37,517 bases of DNA, from the NCBI GenBank assembly GCA_946411895.1, contig CAMKFP010000003.1, positions 1 to 37,517 of the forward strand, written 5' to 3'. This document shows, one piece after another, positions 7,468 through 16,779 of the stretch; the first letter of the stretch is position 1; the number at the start of each line of letters is the position of its first letter. The notes under the pieces are model-generated. The model ran no database searches, had not been told where the DNA came from, and saw only the letters and a program-made list of their open reading frames with translations. This DNA comes from an uncultured Bacillales bacterium (GTDB lineage Bacteria > Bacillota_I > Bacilli_A > RFN20 > CAG-826). The position numbers and the translations under genes were made by a program.

Positions 7468-9564
7468 ATGGGCAAATTGAGATTTGTTATAACAAATACA
7501 TTACTTTGGGTGTCTTTAATTTTCACCTGCTTCTTTTTAGAAGCTTTCCCGTGTTATTTAGAAGCCCCATATAACGAAGTGGGAGGATTCCAAAATTCCA
7601 CTTTCTTTGTGCTCACTCTCATTTTGCTTTTGCTCTATCTCTTCTATTTCGTCTCCGAAAGGCGACATAACAAAGTTAGAGGAGATTTCTTATTACTCGC
7701 TTTATTCACCTCTTTGATGGTGACAATGAGCGTGGCAATTTGGATTAATCCAAATTATATCGAATTTGTGAACCAAACTTCGCTTAATGTTCATAGTGTG
7801 ACTTTCACATTTATGGATAAACTAAGATATAACATTCAAGCCTTCTTTGCTTTAACAGGCCTATACCTTTTGATGTTCTTCTACTCAAGAAATAAACTCA
7901 GGGCAAACAGCATCAACTGGTTAGCGTATGCCTTCATTTTTGTTTGTATTATCATTATCGGTTTATCGTTCTATCTTGATAGAGCAGCTTATTACGATAT
8001 CTTCGTTAAAGGTAACAGTGAGAAAACTATCACCTCCATTTGCGGTAATCCAAATAATATTGGTTTAGCTATGCTACTAACCATATTGGCGTGCATTATT
8101 ATCAATGGTAAGAAGTTCAAATGGTGGACATTTATTATTATCGGCGCGGCTGAAGTCTTTAATATGCTTAGCTTCTGCGCGACAACGATATTTATCTCAT
8201 TTGTTCTTTTACCAATCTACATGATTTATCTCATCTGCTACGCCTTTAAAAAAGGCTTAGCCTCTGGAACAGTAACAACGATTTTCTTCATTTTCTTCTC
8301 TTTAGGTCTTGTTTGCTTAATGCACTATGCCTCAATTGATAAACTTGGCAATGTCTCGAAAGCCTATCACGCAGTCTTCAATTATCTGAAAGATAAAGAC
8401 TTTGATACATTCACTAATAGAACTATTATTTGGAAGATTGTGGTTTCTTTACTTAATGAGAACCCATTATATTGGCTCTTTGGTAGAGGCTATAACATTG
8501 GTAATCTCATCCTTGGAAAAGGCTTACAGTGCTATTATGACGCGACTGAATCTGTTTATACATGTCACTCTGGATTTATCCAAACCATCTTCAATAGTGG
8601 TCTTATTGGCTTTGGCTTCGCCACTGCTGGATTTATCTATTTCATTGTGGCTTGTGTCCATCACCTCAAAAAGAAGAGAATTCGTTTCGTTTTTATATAT
8701 GTCCTATGCGTCGTCACATATTTAGCGCATAATGCGGTTAACGCAGCGAGATTCTTCGATGTTACCACAACCAATTTGATCGCTATGCTTCTTTTCTATC
8801 TCCCACCTGTCGTGGCTTATAAACAAGAGAAACATCCATCTCTGATGGAAGAAGTCTATCATTCCTCCAATTTCCAAAAGAGAGTGTCCGACAAAAACTT
8901 CACAGGTGCGATTGCCTGTGCTTGCGTTTGCTTGCTTATGACATGCTTGTTTGTGCTATGCACACCTTTTGCTTATGAGGGTGCATATGAGAATGCGAGC
9001 TTAAAGAACGTCGCCATTACGGTATTAGAGTATGTCGCAATCTCTGCGGTTTTCTTACCATATTTGCTCACTTTGTTCTATAGAAAATCTAAGACTTGGC
9101 ACTTCATCTTAAGAGTAGCTTTGCTATTCTTAATTGGTGGAGGAATTCTATTCATAGTGGCGTATTTTGGACCAAAGAATGGTTTGAGTGTTGAAACGCT
9201 CAATTGGTTGTTACCTGTTATTTATGCTGGCTACCTATTTGTTGTTCTGTTTGATTATGTCATTTTGTGCCGTGGCAAGTTCAGACACTGGATCAAATTT
9301 ACCCTTAGAGGTTTAGTGGTGGTGCCTAACTTTGTTCCACTTGCAACTGCGTTACTTGTTGGTCTACCAATCGTTTTATACATCCAAATGAATACCGCTG
9401 AAGTGTCGTTATTAACACTCTTTTCTTTAGTGGCCCTCTTCATCTTGGGATTTACGATGTTATACTTCCTCTTCCCATTCAAGAGTCAAAAAGAAATATT
9501 AAACGAGTTTAATAGGACTAAATATGCTAGACTTAAATACTCCTTGATTAAGGAGGAATACTAA
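7468..9564 (+). CDS. Polytopic membrane protein with an O-antigen ligase/Wzy-like domain and a C-terminal multi-TM extension
   Basis: Many hydrophobic helices; GNPNxxG, FTNRxxIW, LFGRGY and HSGFIQxxxxxGLIG match the O-antigen ligase pattern. Confidence 0.7.
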   Translation: MGKLRFVITNTLLWVSLIFTCFFLEAFPCYLEAPYNEVGGFQNSTFFVLTLILLLLYLFYFVSERRHNKVRGDFLLLALFTSLMVTMSVAIWINPNYIEFVNQTSLNVHSVTFTFMDKLRYNIQAFFALTGLYLLMFFYSRNKLRANSINWLAYAFIFVCIIIIGLSFYLDRAAYYDIFVKGNSEKTITSICGNPNNIGLAMLLTILACIIINGKKFKWWTFIIIGAAEVFNMLSFCATTIFISFVLLPIYMIYLICYAFKKGLASGTVTTIFFIFFSLGLVCLMHYASIDKLGNVSKAYHAVFNYLKDKDFDTFTNRTIIWKIVVSLLNENPLYWLFGRGYNIGNLILGKGLQCYYDATESVYTCHSGFIQTIFNSGLIGFGFATAGFIYFIVACVHHLKKKRIRFVFIYVLCVVTYLAHNAVNAARFFDVTTTNLIAMLLFYLPPVVAYKQEKHPSLMEEVYHSSNFQKRVSDKNFTGAIACACVCLLMTCLFVLCTPFAYEGAYENASLKNVAITVLEYVAISAVFLPYLLTLFYRKSKTWHFILRVALLFLIGGGILFIVAYFGPKNGLSVETLNWLLPVIYAGYLFVVLFDYVILCRGKFRHWIKFTLRGLVVVPNFVPLATALLVGLPIVLYIQMNTAEVSLLTLFSLVALFILGFTMLYFLFPFKSQKEILNEFNRTKYARLKYSLIKEEY

Positions 9565-9565
9565 T

Positions 9566-10009
9566 ATGCCTGGAATTAAGATTATTGCTCAAAATAAAAA
9601 AGCTCACTTCAACTACTTTTTAAGTGACTTCACAGAATGTGGAATTGCTTTAAGAGGTACCGAGATTAAGTCTTTAAGAGTGCACGCTTGCTCTATTACC
9701 GATTCTTATGTTGTTATTAGAAACGGCGAAGCCGAGATTATCAATATGCATATTAACCCTTATGACCAGGGCAATATTTTTAATCATGATCCACTGAGAA
9801 CAAGAAAACTTTTACTTCATAAAAAACAAATCAAATGGTTTGAAGAAAAGGTCACTCGTGGTGGATTTACCATTGTCGCTACAAAAGTCTATTTTTCCAA
9901 AGGAAAATGCAAAGTAGAAATTGCTTTAGCAAAAGGTAAGAAGATGTACGATAAGCGCGAGACTATAAAGAAGCGCGACATCGAAAGAAGAATGAAAGAG
10001 GGAGAATAA
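9566..10009 (+). CDS. smpB: SsrA-binding protein
   Basis: IAQNKKA, GIALRGTEIKSLR, NHDPLRTRKLLLHK, AKGKKMYDKRE. Confidence 0.97.
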   Translation: MPGIKIIAQNKKAHFNYFLSDFTECGIALRGTEIKSLRVHACSITDSYVVIRNGEAEIINMHINPYDQGNIFNHDPLRTRKLLLHKKQIKWFEEKVTRGGFTIVATKVYFSKGKCKVEIALAKGKKMYDKRETIKKRDIERRMKEGE

Positions 10010-11253
10010 TGAAGGACATCAATGAACTTCTCTCATTAAGAGAATCCAGTGATTATCAAAGAGATGATTTTGATGCTTTTCTTAGTAAAGAAAAGTTCTC
10101 CTTTAACTTGCCTTCTATTCATATCGCAGGCACAAACGGAAAAGGCAGCACCGCTAACTACATCAACAACATCTATCAAAAAGCTGGTTATAAAGTTGGT
10201 CTTTTCACCTCGCCTTATTTCTATGAAATAAACGAGATGATTAAGATTAATAACGAGCCTATAAGTGATGAACGAATTAAGAAATATATTTCAGAACATA
10301 AGAAACTCATGGAGAAATATAATCTCTCTTCTTTCGAAGTGATGACATATATTGCTTTAGAGTATTTCAAAGATGAGAAGTGTGATGTCTGTGTTATTGA
10401 ATGTGGCATGGGTGGAGAGATTGACGCCACCAATATCTTTGAAGCGTCTTTAGCCATCATCACATCCATCTCTTTAGAGCACACCGCCTTCTTAGGGAGA
10501 ACAATATCTGAAATCGCACTTAACAAAATCGGCATTGTCCATGAAGAGACACCGGTTCTTATAGATGAGTTTGACGAAGAATCCAACAACGTCATTGCTG
10601 AATACTGTCATGATAAGAAATCCAAGATTAATCTCATTGGTAAAACTAACGCGATTGTGCATCACGATGATGGAATTACTTTTGAGTATGGCATCTATAA
10701 AGATCTCAAGATTTCTTCTTTTGCGGAATACTCCGTTAAGGATGCTTGCTATGCGATTGAGGCTGTTAATTTATTAAACAAATTACTTCCTGTTTCTGAA
10801 GAGAATATCAAGGATGGATTATTAACCTCATATAACGAACTTCGTTTTGAGGTAATTAGCAAACACCCACTCTTCATCTTAGATGGTGGACACAATCCTG
10901 AAGCTTTGGATAATTTGAAAAAATCACTCATGAAATTCACAGATTTTAAACCAGTTCACACATTATTTGCTTGTTTCAGAGATAAGAATCTCCCAGCGAT
11001 GCTAAACACATTAGGAGAAATTTCTACGACTTTGAATTTAACTACTTTTGATCATCCAAGAGCTAGACAAATGGAAGATTATTTCTTATTCGGTGATGAG
11101 TATGAATTCAAGAGTGATGCGGTAGCAGCAGTTAACGAGTTATTAGCACAATATCCAGACGACATTATTCTAGTCACTGGCTCTTTAGCCTTTGTTAGTT
11201 TTATCAAATCACAAATCAAGGAGGGAAAGATTCATGTACCTAGTGAAGCTTAA
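10009..11253 (+). CDS. folC: Folylpolyglutamate synthase / dihydrofolate synthase
   Basis: IHIAGTNGKGST, GLFTSP, IECGMGGEIDATN, ITSISLEH..LG, LDGGHNP, TGSL. Confidence 0.92.
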   Translation: MKDINELLSLRESSDYQRDDFDAFLSKEKFSFNLPSIHIAGTNGKGSTANYINNIYQKAGYKVGLFTSPYFYEINEMIKINNEPISDERIKKYISEHKKLMEKYNLSSFEVMTYIALEYFKDEKCDVCVIECGMGGEIDATNIFEASLAIITSISLEHTAFLGRTISEIALNKIGIVHEETPVLIDEFDEESNNVIAEYCHDKKSKINLIGKTNAIVHHDDGITFEYGIYKDLKISSFAEYSVKDACYAIEAVNLLNKLLPVSEENIKDGLLTSYNELRFEVISKHPLFILDGGHNPEALDNLKKSLMKFTDFKPVHTLFACFRDKNLPAMLNTLGEISTTLNLTTFDHPRARQMEDYFLFGDEYEFKSDAVAAVNELLAQYPDDIILVTGSLAFVSFIKSQIKEGKIHVPSEA

Positions 11254-12022
11254 ACCAACCTTGAAGATTACTTTGGCTGCTTTATTTATGGCTCTTGCTG
11301 CAATCTGCCAGAAGGTTTTAGCTATTAACTATTTGCCTTTCGCGCCCTTCATGCGTATCTCATTTGGCGGGCCAGCGCTTATTATTTTAGCGAGCATACT
11401 TCTTGGACCTGTGTATGGAGCAGCTGTAGGTGCGGGTTGTGATATCATTGGCTTCATTGCTTTTGATCGTAGTGGTTTCCCATATAACCCGCTTATAACA
11501 ACTACGTATGCTTTATTAGGTTTATTGCCATTCTTCGTTTTCTATTTTGCTCGAAAGATCAAAAACGAGAAACTTTTGTTCATTTTACAAAATTCAATCA
11601 TGTTTGGACTATTTGTAATAGTCAGCATCTTCTTATTCACAACTGATTCATTTAAGGTCTTTTCAACCACTTATTCTTTAGAATTATGGCAAAAAATAGC
11701 GATAGTCTCTGGTCTATTTTCCTTAGGCCTATTGCTATCAATCTTTTTACTCATCTATAAACACAAAGCCCCACATAGAATGATCTATAACCTCTCATTT
11801 ACGATGTTTGTGGTGGAGATCATTGTTATGGTGCTTTATGGCACTCTTATGAAAGGAATAGTTTTTGGTTTCTCAACTTATGGCCCAATTCTTATTACTC
11901 AAGTAATTACGGCCTTTGTGAATATCGCTTTAAACACTGTGATTATTTCTATTGTTTTAGAAATGTTTCTCAAACGTTATGAAGCGTACACCGCTAATGA
12001 CAGAGAAAAGAAAACTTTATAA
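11234..12022 (+). CDS. ECF transporter S component, folate (FolT-like), with extra TM segments
   Basis: AALFMAL..., RISFG, ILLGPVYGAAVGAGCDIIG, PYNPLIT pattern of FolT-type S components; overlaps folC. Confidence 0.75.
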   Translation: MYLVKLKPTLKITLAALFMALAAICQKVLAINYLPFAPFMRISFGGPALIILASILLGPVYGAAVGAGCDIIGFIAFDRSGFPYNPLITTTYALLGLLPFFVFYFARKIKNEKLLFILQNSIMFGLFVIVSIFLFTTDSFKVFSTTYSLELWQKIAIVSGLFSLGLLLSIFLLIYKHKAPHRMIYNLSFTMFVVEIIVMVLYGTLMKGIVFGFSTYGPILITQVITAFVNIALNTVIISIVLEMFLKRYEAYTANDREKKTL

Positions 12023-12031
12023 AATAAAGAT

Positions 12032-12202
12032 ATGCTAGAAAACAACAAAACCAGATTAGAAGACGCTACTGAAGAAGAAATCCAAAACGATGATGGAAAA
12101 GTTCATTTCCCTCTCGCTGGAATTATTACTCTTAGTGTTTTAGTCGTGATTGTGATAGCTCTTATCATCACATTGCTTGCTTTAGGAGGTCCAGTTAAGT
12201 AA
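12032..12202 (+). CDS. 56-aa single-pass membrane protein (not in the ORF track)
   Basis: MLENNKTRLEDATEEEIQNDDGKVHFPLAGIITLSVLVVIVIALIITLLALGGPVK*. Its stop overlaps the next ATG (TAATG). Promoter ATGACA-17-TAAAAT lies directly upstream. Confidence 0.75.
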   Translation: MLENNKTRLEDATEEEIQNDDGKVHFPLAGIITLSVLVVIVIALIITLLALGGPVK

Positions 12203-12948
12203 TGTTTAAGCTACTCGCTCTACTTCCATTACTTGCTCCAACCGCTGGCGGTGTTCTTTTCTCATCCCCAAAGATCCATGAAGGAACTTATAACGAAGAA
12301 CACTATGAAATCGTCTCAGGTGTCTTAACCTCTGTCAAAGATGCATATCTCGACGCTACTGAGCTTAGGATTTATGGTTCAGAATTTGACGATAATGCGA
12401 TAACTTCTATCAGTGATAATGCGTTTGATTCGATGACTAATTTGCAATCCATCATGATTTCAAAAGAGGTCACTTTAACAAGCCCAGATTTCTTACCAAA
12501 TACTGTGAAAAACTTGTATTTCACTGGCAAAACTGAGGAATTTTCTTTAAATAATCTTTCAGAAGTAGTAGTGGTCCATTACGAAGCTTGCGATGAAGGA
12601 TTCATCTCTAAATGGCACGCTGAGATCAGAGAATATAACGATACAACAGTCTCAATTTGTGACACTGTTTCTAAAGCACAATACAATGAATTTGCGGAGT
12701 TATATTCTAACCTATCTTATACTGGTGATTTTGAAACTGTTAAGCTATATCCTGACACTGAAGAATTCAATATTGGTGAGTCTATGAAGAAGCTCGCTGA
12801 TATCTATTCTCCAAGTAGTGATAGTAAAAATACCGAAAAAAATATGACTCAATCCTCAATGATTGTCCTCATCTTGATCATTGCGGCGATTGGTATGACT
12901 TCTATCGGTCTATTCTATGTACTCAAGGACAAAAAAGTTATTTCGTAA
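12202..12948 (+). CDS. Surface protein with signal peptide, BspA-like LRR segment and C-terminal membrane anchor
   Basis: Hydrophobic N-terminus, ITSISDNAFDSMTNLQSIMI (LRR_5-like), C-terminal TM followed by KDKK; SD AGGAGG. Confidence 0.65.
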   Translation: MFKLLALLPLLAPTAGGVLFSSPKIHEGTYNEEHYEIVSGVLTSVKDAYLDATELRIYGSEFDDNAITSISDNAFDSMTNLQSIMISKEVTLTSPDFLPNTVKNLYFTGKTEEFSLNNLSEVVVVHYEACDEGFISKWHAEIREYNDTTVSICDTVSKAQYNEFAELYSNLSYTGDFETVKLYPDTEEFNIGESMKKLADIYSPSSDSKNTEKNMTQSSMIVLILIIAAIGMTSIGLFYVLKDKKVIS

Positions 12949-13019
12949 AGAAATTATTTACATGTGGTGCGCATAATGATAGACTTGTGGAGCAAACTTA
13001 AGATAGGAGTTTAAGATAG

Positions 13020-13166
13020 ATGAGAGAAAAAGTTCTTTTGATTTGCGAAGAGTGCTTGTCTAGAAACTACACAACTACTATCAAAAAAGAAGACAGTCAG
13101 CTCAAGACTGTGAAGAAGTATTGCCCTCACTGTGGAAAGCATACATTCCACAAGGTGAGTAAATAA
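13020..13166 (+). CDS. rpmG: 50S ribosomal protein L33, Zn-binding form (not in the ORF track)
   Basis: MREKVLLICEECLSRNYTTTIKK...KKYCPHCGKHTFHKVSK; two CxxC; sits before secE. Confidence 0.95.
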   Translation: MREKVLLICEECLSRNYTTTIKKEDSQLKTVKKYCPHCGKHTFHKVSK

Positions 13167-13180
13167 TAAAGGAGGCCTTT

Positions 13181-13375
13181 ATGGGACTTAAAAGTTACGC
13201 AAAAGGTGTGGTCAAAGAAGGAAAGAGAGTTCGTTGGCCAAAAAGAGATGTGCTTATTCCATCTGTCGTCGTTGTTGTGATTATTGCGGCTATCACCGGA
13301 TTAATCCTTTTTGCTGAAGACGTTGCTGGAGCGCAAATTATTAAAATCTTACAAAGTGCATTTGGAGGCAAATAA
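13181..13375 (+). CDS. secE: Preprotein translocase subunit SecE
   Basis: EGKRVRWP motif plus one TM helix; rpmG-secE-nusG synteny. Confidence 0.93.
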   Translation: MGLKSYAKGVVKEGKRVRWPKRDVLIPSVVVVVIIAAITGLILFAEDVAGAQIIKILQSAFGGK

Positions 13376-13376
13376 T

Positions 13377-14027
13377 ATGGCAGAAGAAGCAAAATTTACA
13401 GATACTACTACTGGTTTAAACGATGAACAACCTTCATCTAATAAATTAGGTGAAAAAGCTTGGTACGTTGTGAACACATACTCCACACACGAAAGAAAAG
13501 TGGCGTACAACCTTCAAAAACGTATTGAATCCATGGATTTAGGAAATTTAATTTTCCGTATCGTCGTCGCTGAACAAGAAGTTCCAGTCATGGATAGAGA
13601 AACTGGTTTACCAGCCACAACCGTGGATAAGGAAACCGGTCAAACCGTGACCAAGACCAGAATGAAGAACTTATATCCAGGTTATGTCTTTGTGGAAATG
13701 ATTATGACTGACTATGCTTGGTATGTCGTAAGAAACACTCCAGGTGTTACAGGCTTCGTTGGATCTTCTGGTAAAGGTACAAAGCCATTCCCAGTTCCAA
13801 GAGAACAAATCGAACCAGTCTTAAAGAGAATCGGTATGATTGATGAATCAATGTATGACCGTTACTCCGATGGTGACCTTGTTAAAATCATTCATGGTCC
13901 ATTTGAAGGAACTGAAGGCACCATCCTCTCCATTAATAGAGATACTGGTGAAGTGGAAGTTCAATCTATTCTCTTTGGTAGAGCTACTAATATTTCTGTG
14001 GACTTCACTGAAATCGAAAAGATCTAA
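13377..14027 (+). CDS. nusG: Transcription termination/antitermination factor NusG
   Basis: WYVVNTYS..E, YPGYVFVEM, VRNTPGVTGFVG, KOW VKIIHGPF, IFGR-like end. ATG 13377 follows a GGAGG SD. Confidence 0.96.
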   Translation: MAEEAKFTDTTTGLNDEQPSSNKLGEKAWYVVNTYSTHERKVAYNLQKRIESMDLGNLIFRIVVAEQEVPVMDRETGLPATTVDKETGQTVTKTRMKNLYPGYVFVEMIMTDYAWYVVRNTPGVTGFVGSSGKGTKPFPVPREQIEPVLKRIGMIDESMYDRYSDGDLVKIIHGPFEGTEGTILSINRDTGEVEVQSILFGRATNISVDFTEIEKI

Positions 14028-14045
14028 TCAAATTATTATCATATT

Positions 14046-14070
14046 GGCCCTTTATAAGGGCCTTTTATTT
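14046..14070 (+). terminator. nusG terminator
   Basis: GGCCCTT-TAT-AAGGGCC followed by a T-rich tail. Confidence 0.75.
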
Positions 14071-14197
14071 TGCCTGCCTATTTAAGTATTTTTTTAGCAA
14101 AAATACCGAATTAAAGTTGATTTAGAAAAACGGAAAGAATATGATAATTACAATAATTTTTACTCGTAGGCAGTAAAAGAACTGAAAAGGAGATTTT

Positions 14198-16025
14198 ATG
14201 AAAAAGAAATTTTTAACAGTTTTAGCCGTTTCCTTATTAACCACTGCTGTTGGGGCTTGTTCCCCTTCCCCAGACTCTGGAGGAGGTGGTGGTGGAAGCA
14301 CGCTTGATTCCGTCTTCGCTAATTTAAAGAAGTCCCCACTTGCTTTAGCCGGAACCCTTCATTCCACAATGACTTATGGTGAAGGAGAGGACCAAGAAGT
14401 CTATGATAATGGTACTTATGAACTTAAAACCATACTCACAGATTCATACTTCTTTTCCTCTAACACATCAGAATTTTTTGGTGAAATGGTAGAGGATAGA
14501 GTCCGTTATGACAAAAACCCTGGTGGTGGAGAAACCTTACAAATCCTTCTTAGCCCATTTACCAATCAGCTTGAAGCGATGGTCTATCAAGACTATACAG
14601 GACAATACATTCCATTTGATGCCTTGTTCTCTTACCGTTTCCGAAAACAAATTAGTCCTATCAGACGCCTCTTATATCGATACTGCATTCCTTGGCAATG
14701 TCGTGTTTGGTGGAGCGAATGTTAGATTGCCTCTAACAAAACTCGATATCGGTTTTGATAAAGATTATAAACCAACCACATTAGATATCGTTTTTGAAGA
14801 AGGAACGCCTTATTATTCTCAAAAACTTACTTATACCGGAGCATTTGTTGATGAAGCAACAATTGATCCTGATCCAATCCCGACTCCAAGAGCTCCTCAA
14901 GCTGGACAAGAAAAACTTCAAAGTATCTTTGATTCCTTACAAGGAATGAATTACACAGTGGAATTCTCTTGCTCTGTTGATGTGTATGAATATGAGTTCG
15001 ATGAAGAAACCGGTGAAGAAATCATGGTTAAAACCGGTACTCAAGATTCTACAGTTACCACCTATATCACTCCAGAGGGTTACTTCTATGATTTCGGTGG
15101 TTCTTTAGCAGAATTTGAACAAGCAGAAAGAACTGGTCAATTTGCCGATCACGGTGAAATCGAAACAGAAAAAGGCTTAGTGGAATTCAAAAGAAACGAT
15201 GATTTATCTTTAGAAGCCACTAGAACACCTCGCCCAATTAGAACCGTTGAACAAAAATTCGGTGATTATTGGAAATATTCCGCGTTAGCATTTGATGTTC
15301 AAGCTGATGGCTCATTTACTTTAGCCCCACAAAAAGGCTTTGATAATTATCTTAGAACCTCATTAATGACTGATGGTGAAGTCTATAGCCCAGCGTTCGT
15401 GCAAAATCTCTCTTTAACAGTTAACGAAGAAGAAAATACTTTATATTATCGTTATTCTGATGAACAAGCTGTTTGTGAAGCCACCATTAAAGATATCGGT
15501 ACAACCGTTTTACCAGTTGATACCTCTAATATCACTCCATATAACGCCCCACAAAGTTGGGATGATTATGAAGCAATTAGTAGTTGGAATGCTCGTCAAG
15601 TCGCTCAAATCGACTTCATTACTAAAGATCATCGTGAGGCGATCCCTTACATTTATACGCCATATGATTATGAAAAGAGTATGGATGGTGAATCTGATTG
15701 GGAATTCAATCCTGAAACCGGAGAAGTCATTGAAACTATAACTGGTATCCATTACATCAACATGACTTATCAATGCGATACATGCGCTGAAGCAGTTGAG
15801 GGATATAACTCCGCTATTGCTCAAATTGAAAGTGCTGGATATTTCACCTATGACGTCACTCAAGATGCTTATTATTGGGCTGATGAAGACATCGGCGTTA
15901 ACTTACTCCTTAGAGTGTCTATCACCGATAAGTTCAACGGTCAGCTCGCTGATGAACAATTCAAATATGGCATTGTTATCTATGTAGAGAACTTAGACTA
16001 CGTCTCTCCATGGGCACAATTCTAA
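14198..16025 (+). pseudogene. Large acidic lipoprotein gene split by a frameshift near 14620-14640
   Basis: ORF 14198 has an SD, signal peptide and lipobox (AVGAC), but its composition turns aberrant after ...PFDALF. The overlapping ORF becomes protein-like from ...LTVSENKLVL and lacks its own SD or signal peptide. Confidence 0.75.
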
Positions 16026-16034
16026 ACTAGTTTA

Positions 16035-16079
16035 GAAAAAGAAAACCCTTAGCCGATTGACTAAGGGTTTTTTCTTTTC
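16035..16079. terminator. Bidirectional terminator
   Basis: AAAACCCTTAG-CCGATTGA-CTAAGGGTTTT with A/T flanks. Confidence 0.8.
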
Positions 16080-16086
16080 GTTAATT

Positions 16087-16767
16087 TTATTTCTTTCTTT
16101 CTCTAGAGCCGTTAAGAGCTTCTCTAAAGGATCTGATATCTTTAGTAGTGCCGACAACGAAGATGTTGTCATCTGGAAGTAATGAGTCATTACCACCAGG
16201 GACGAATGATTTCTTGGCTCTAGTAATTAAGACGACAGAAACACCATATTTAATCTTTGGATTGAGTTCTGCTAAGGTTACAGGAATAAAAGCGCTATTA
16301 ACGATTAAGGAGACAACACTATATTTCTCGTCGAGTTTATAGAAGTCTTTATAATCATCATTACCTAAACGGTTTGCTAAAGCAATACCAGCAGCTTTTT
16401 GTGGAGTGATAACCTCTGTCGCACCGAGTTTTTTCATAATTGGGACATAATAGTCATCATCAACACGGACGATTAACTGATTAACGCCTAATTCACGAAG
16501 AATAACGGTTGTTAAGATAGACGCTTGAATATTAGAGCCAAACGCCACGATAGCGGCGTCTACGTCGCCAATACCGAGTTCAATTAAGGCTTGTTCGTCT
16601 GTACTATCTGCAATAAAAGCAGTAGGGAGAATTTCTCCCGTCTTCTTGACGGTCGCTTCATCATTATCAATCGCGATCACGTCTTTGCCATTAGCCACTA
16701 ATTCTTCGACCACGGCGTGACCGAATTGGCCAAGGCCAATAACAGCGTAAGATTTTTTGTTTGCCAT
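16087..16767 (-). CDS. ktrA: Potassium uptake regulatory subunit KtrA/TrkA
   Basis: VIGLGQFG Rossmann motif, VIAID, ADSTDE, LGATEVITP, C-terminal RCK_C domain. Confidence 0.9.
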   Translation of the reverse strand: MANKKSYAVIGLGQFGHAVVEELVANGKDVIAIDNDEATVKKTGEILPTAFIADSTDEQALIELGIGDVDAAIVAFGSNIQASILTTVILRELGVNQLIVRVDDDYYVPIMKKLGATEVITPQKAAGIALANRLGNDDYKDFYKLDEKYSVVSLIVNSAFIPVTLAELNPKIKYGVSVVLITRAKKSFVPGGNDSLLPDDNIFVVGTTKDIRSFREALNGSRERKK

Positions 16768-16779
16768 ATATACTTCCTC

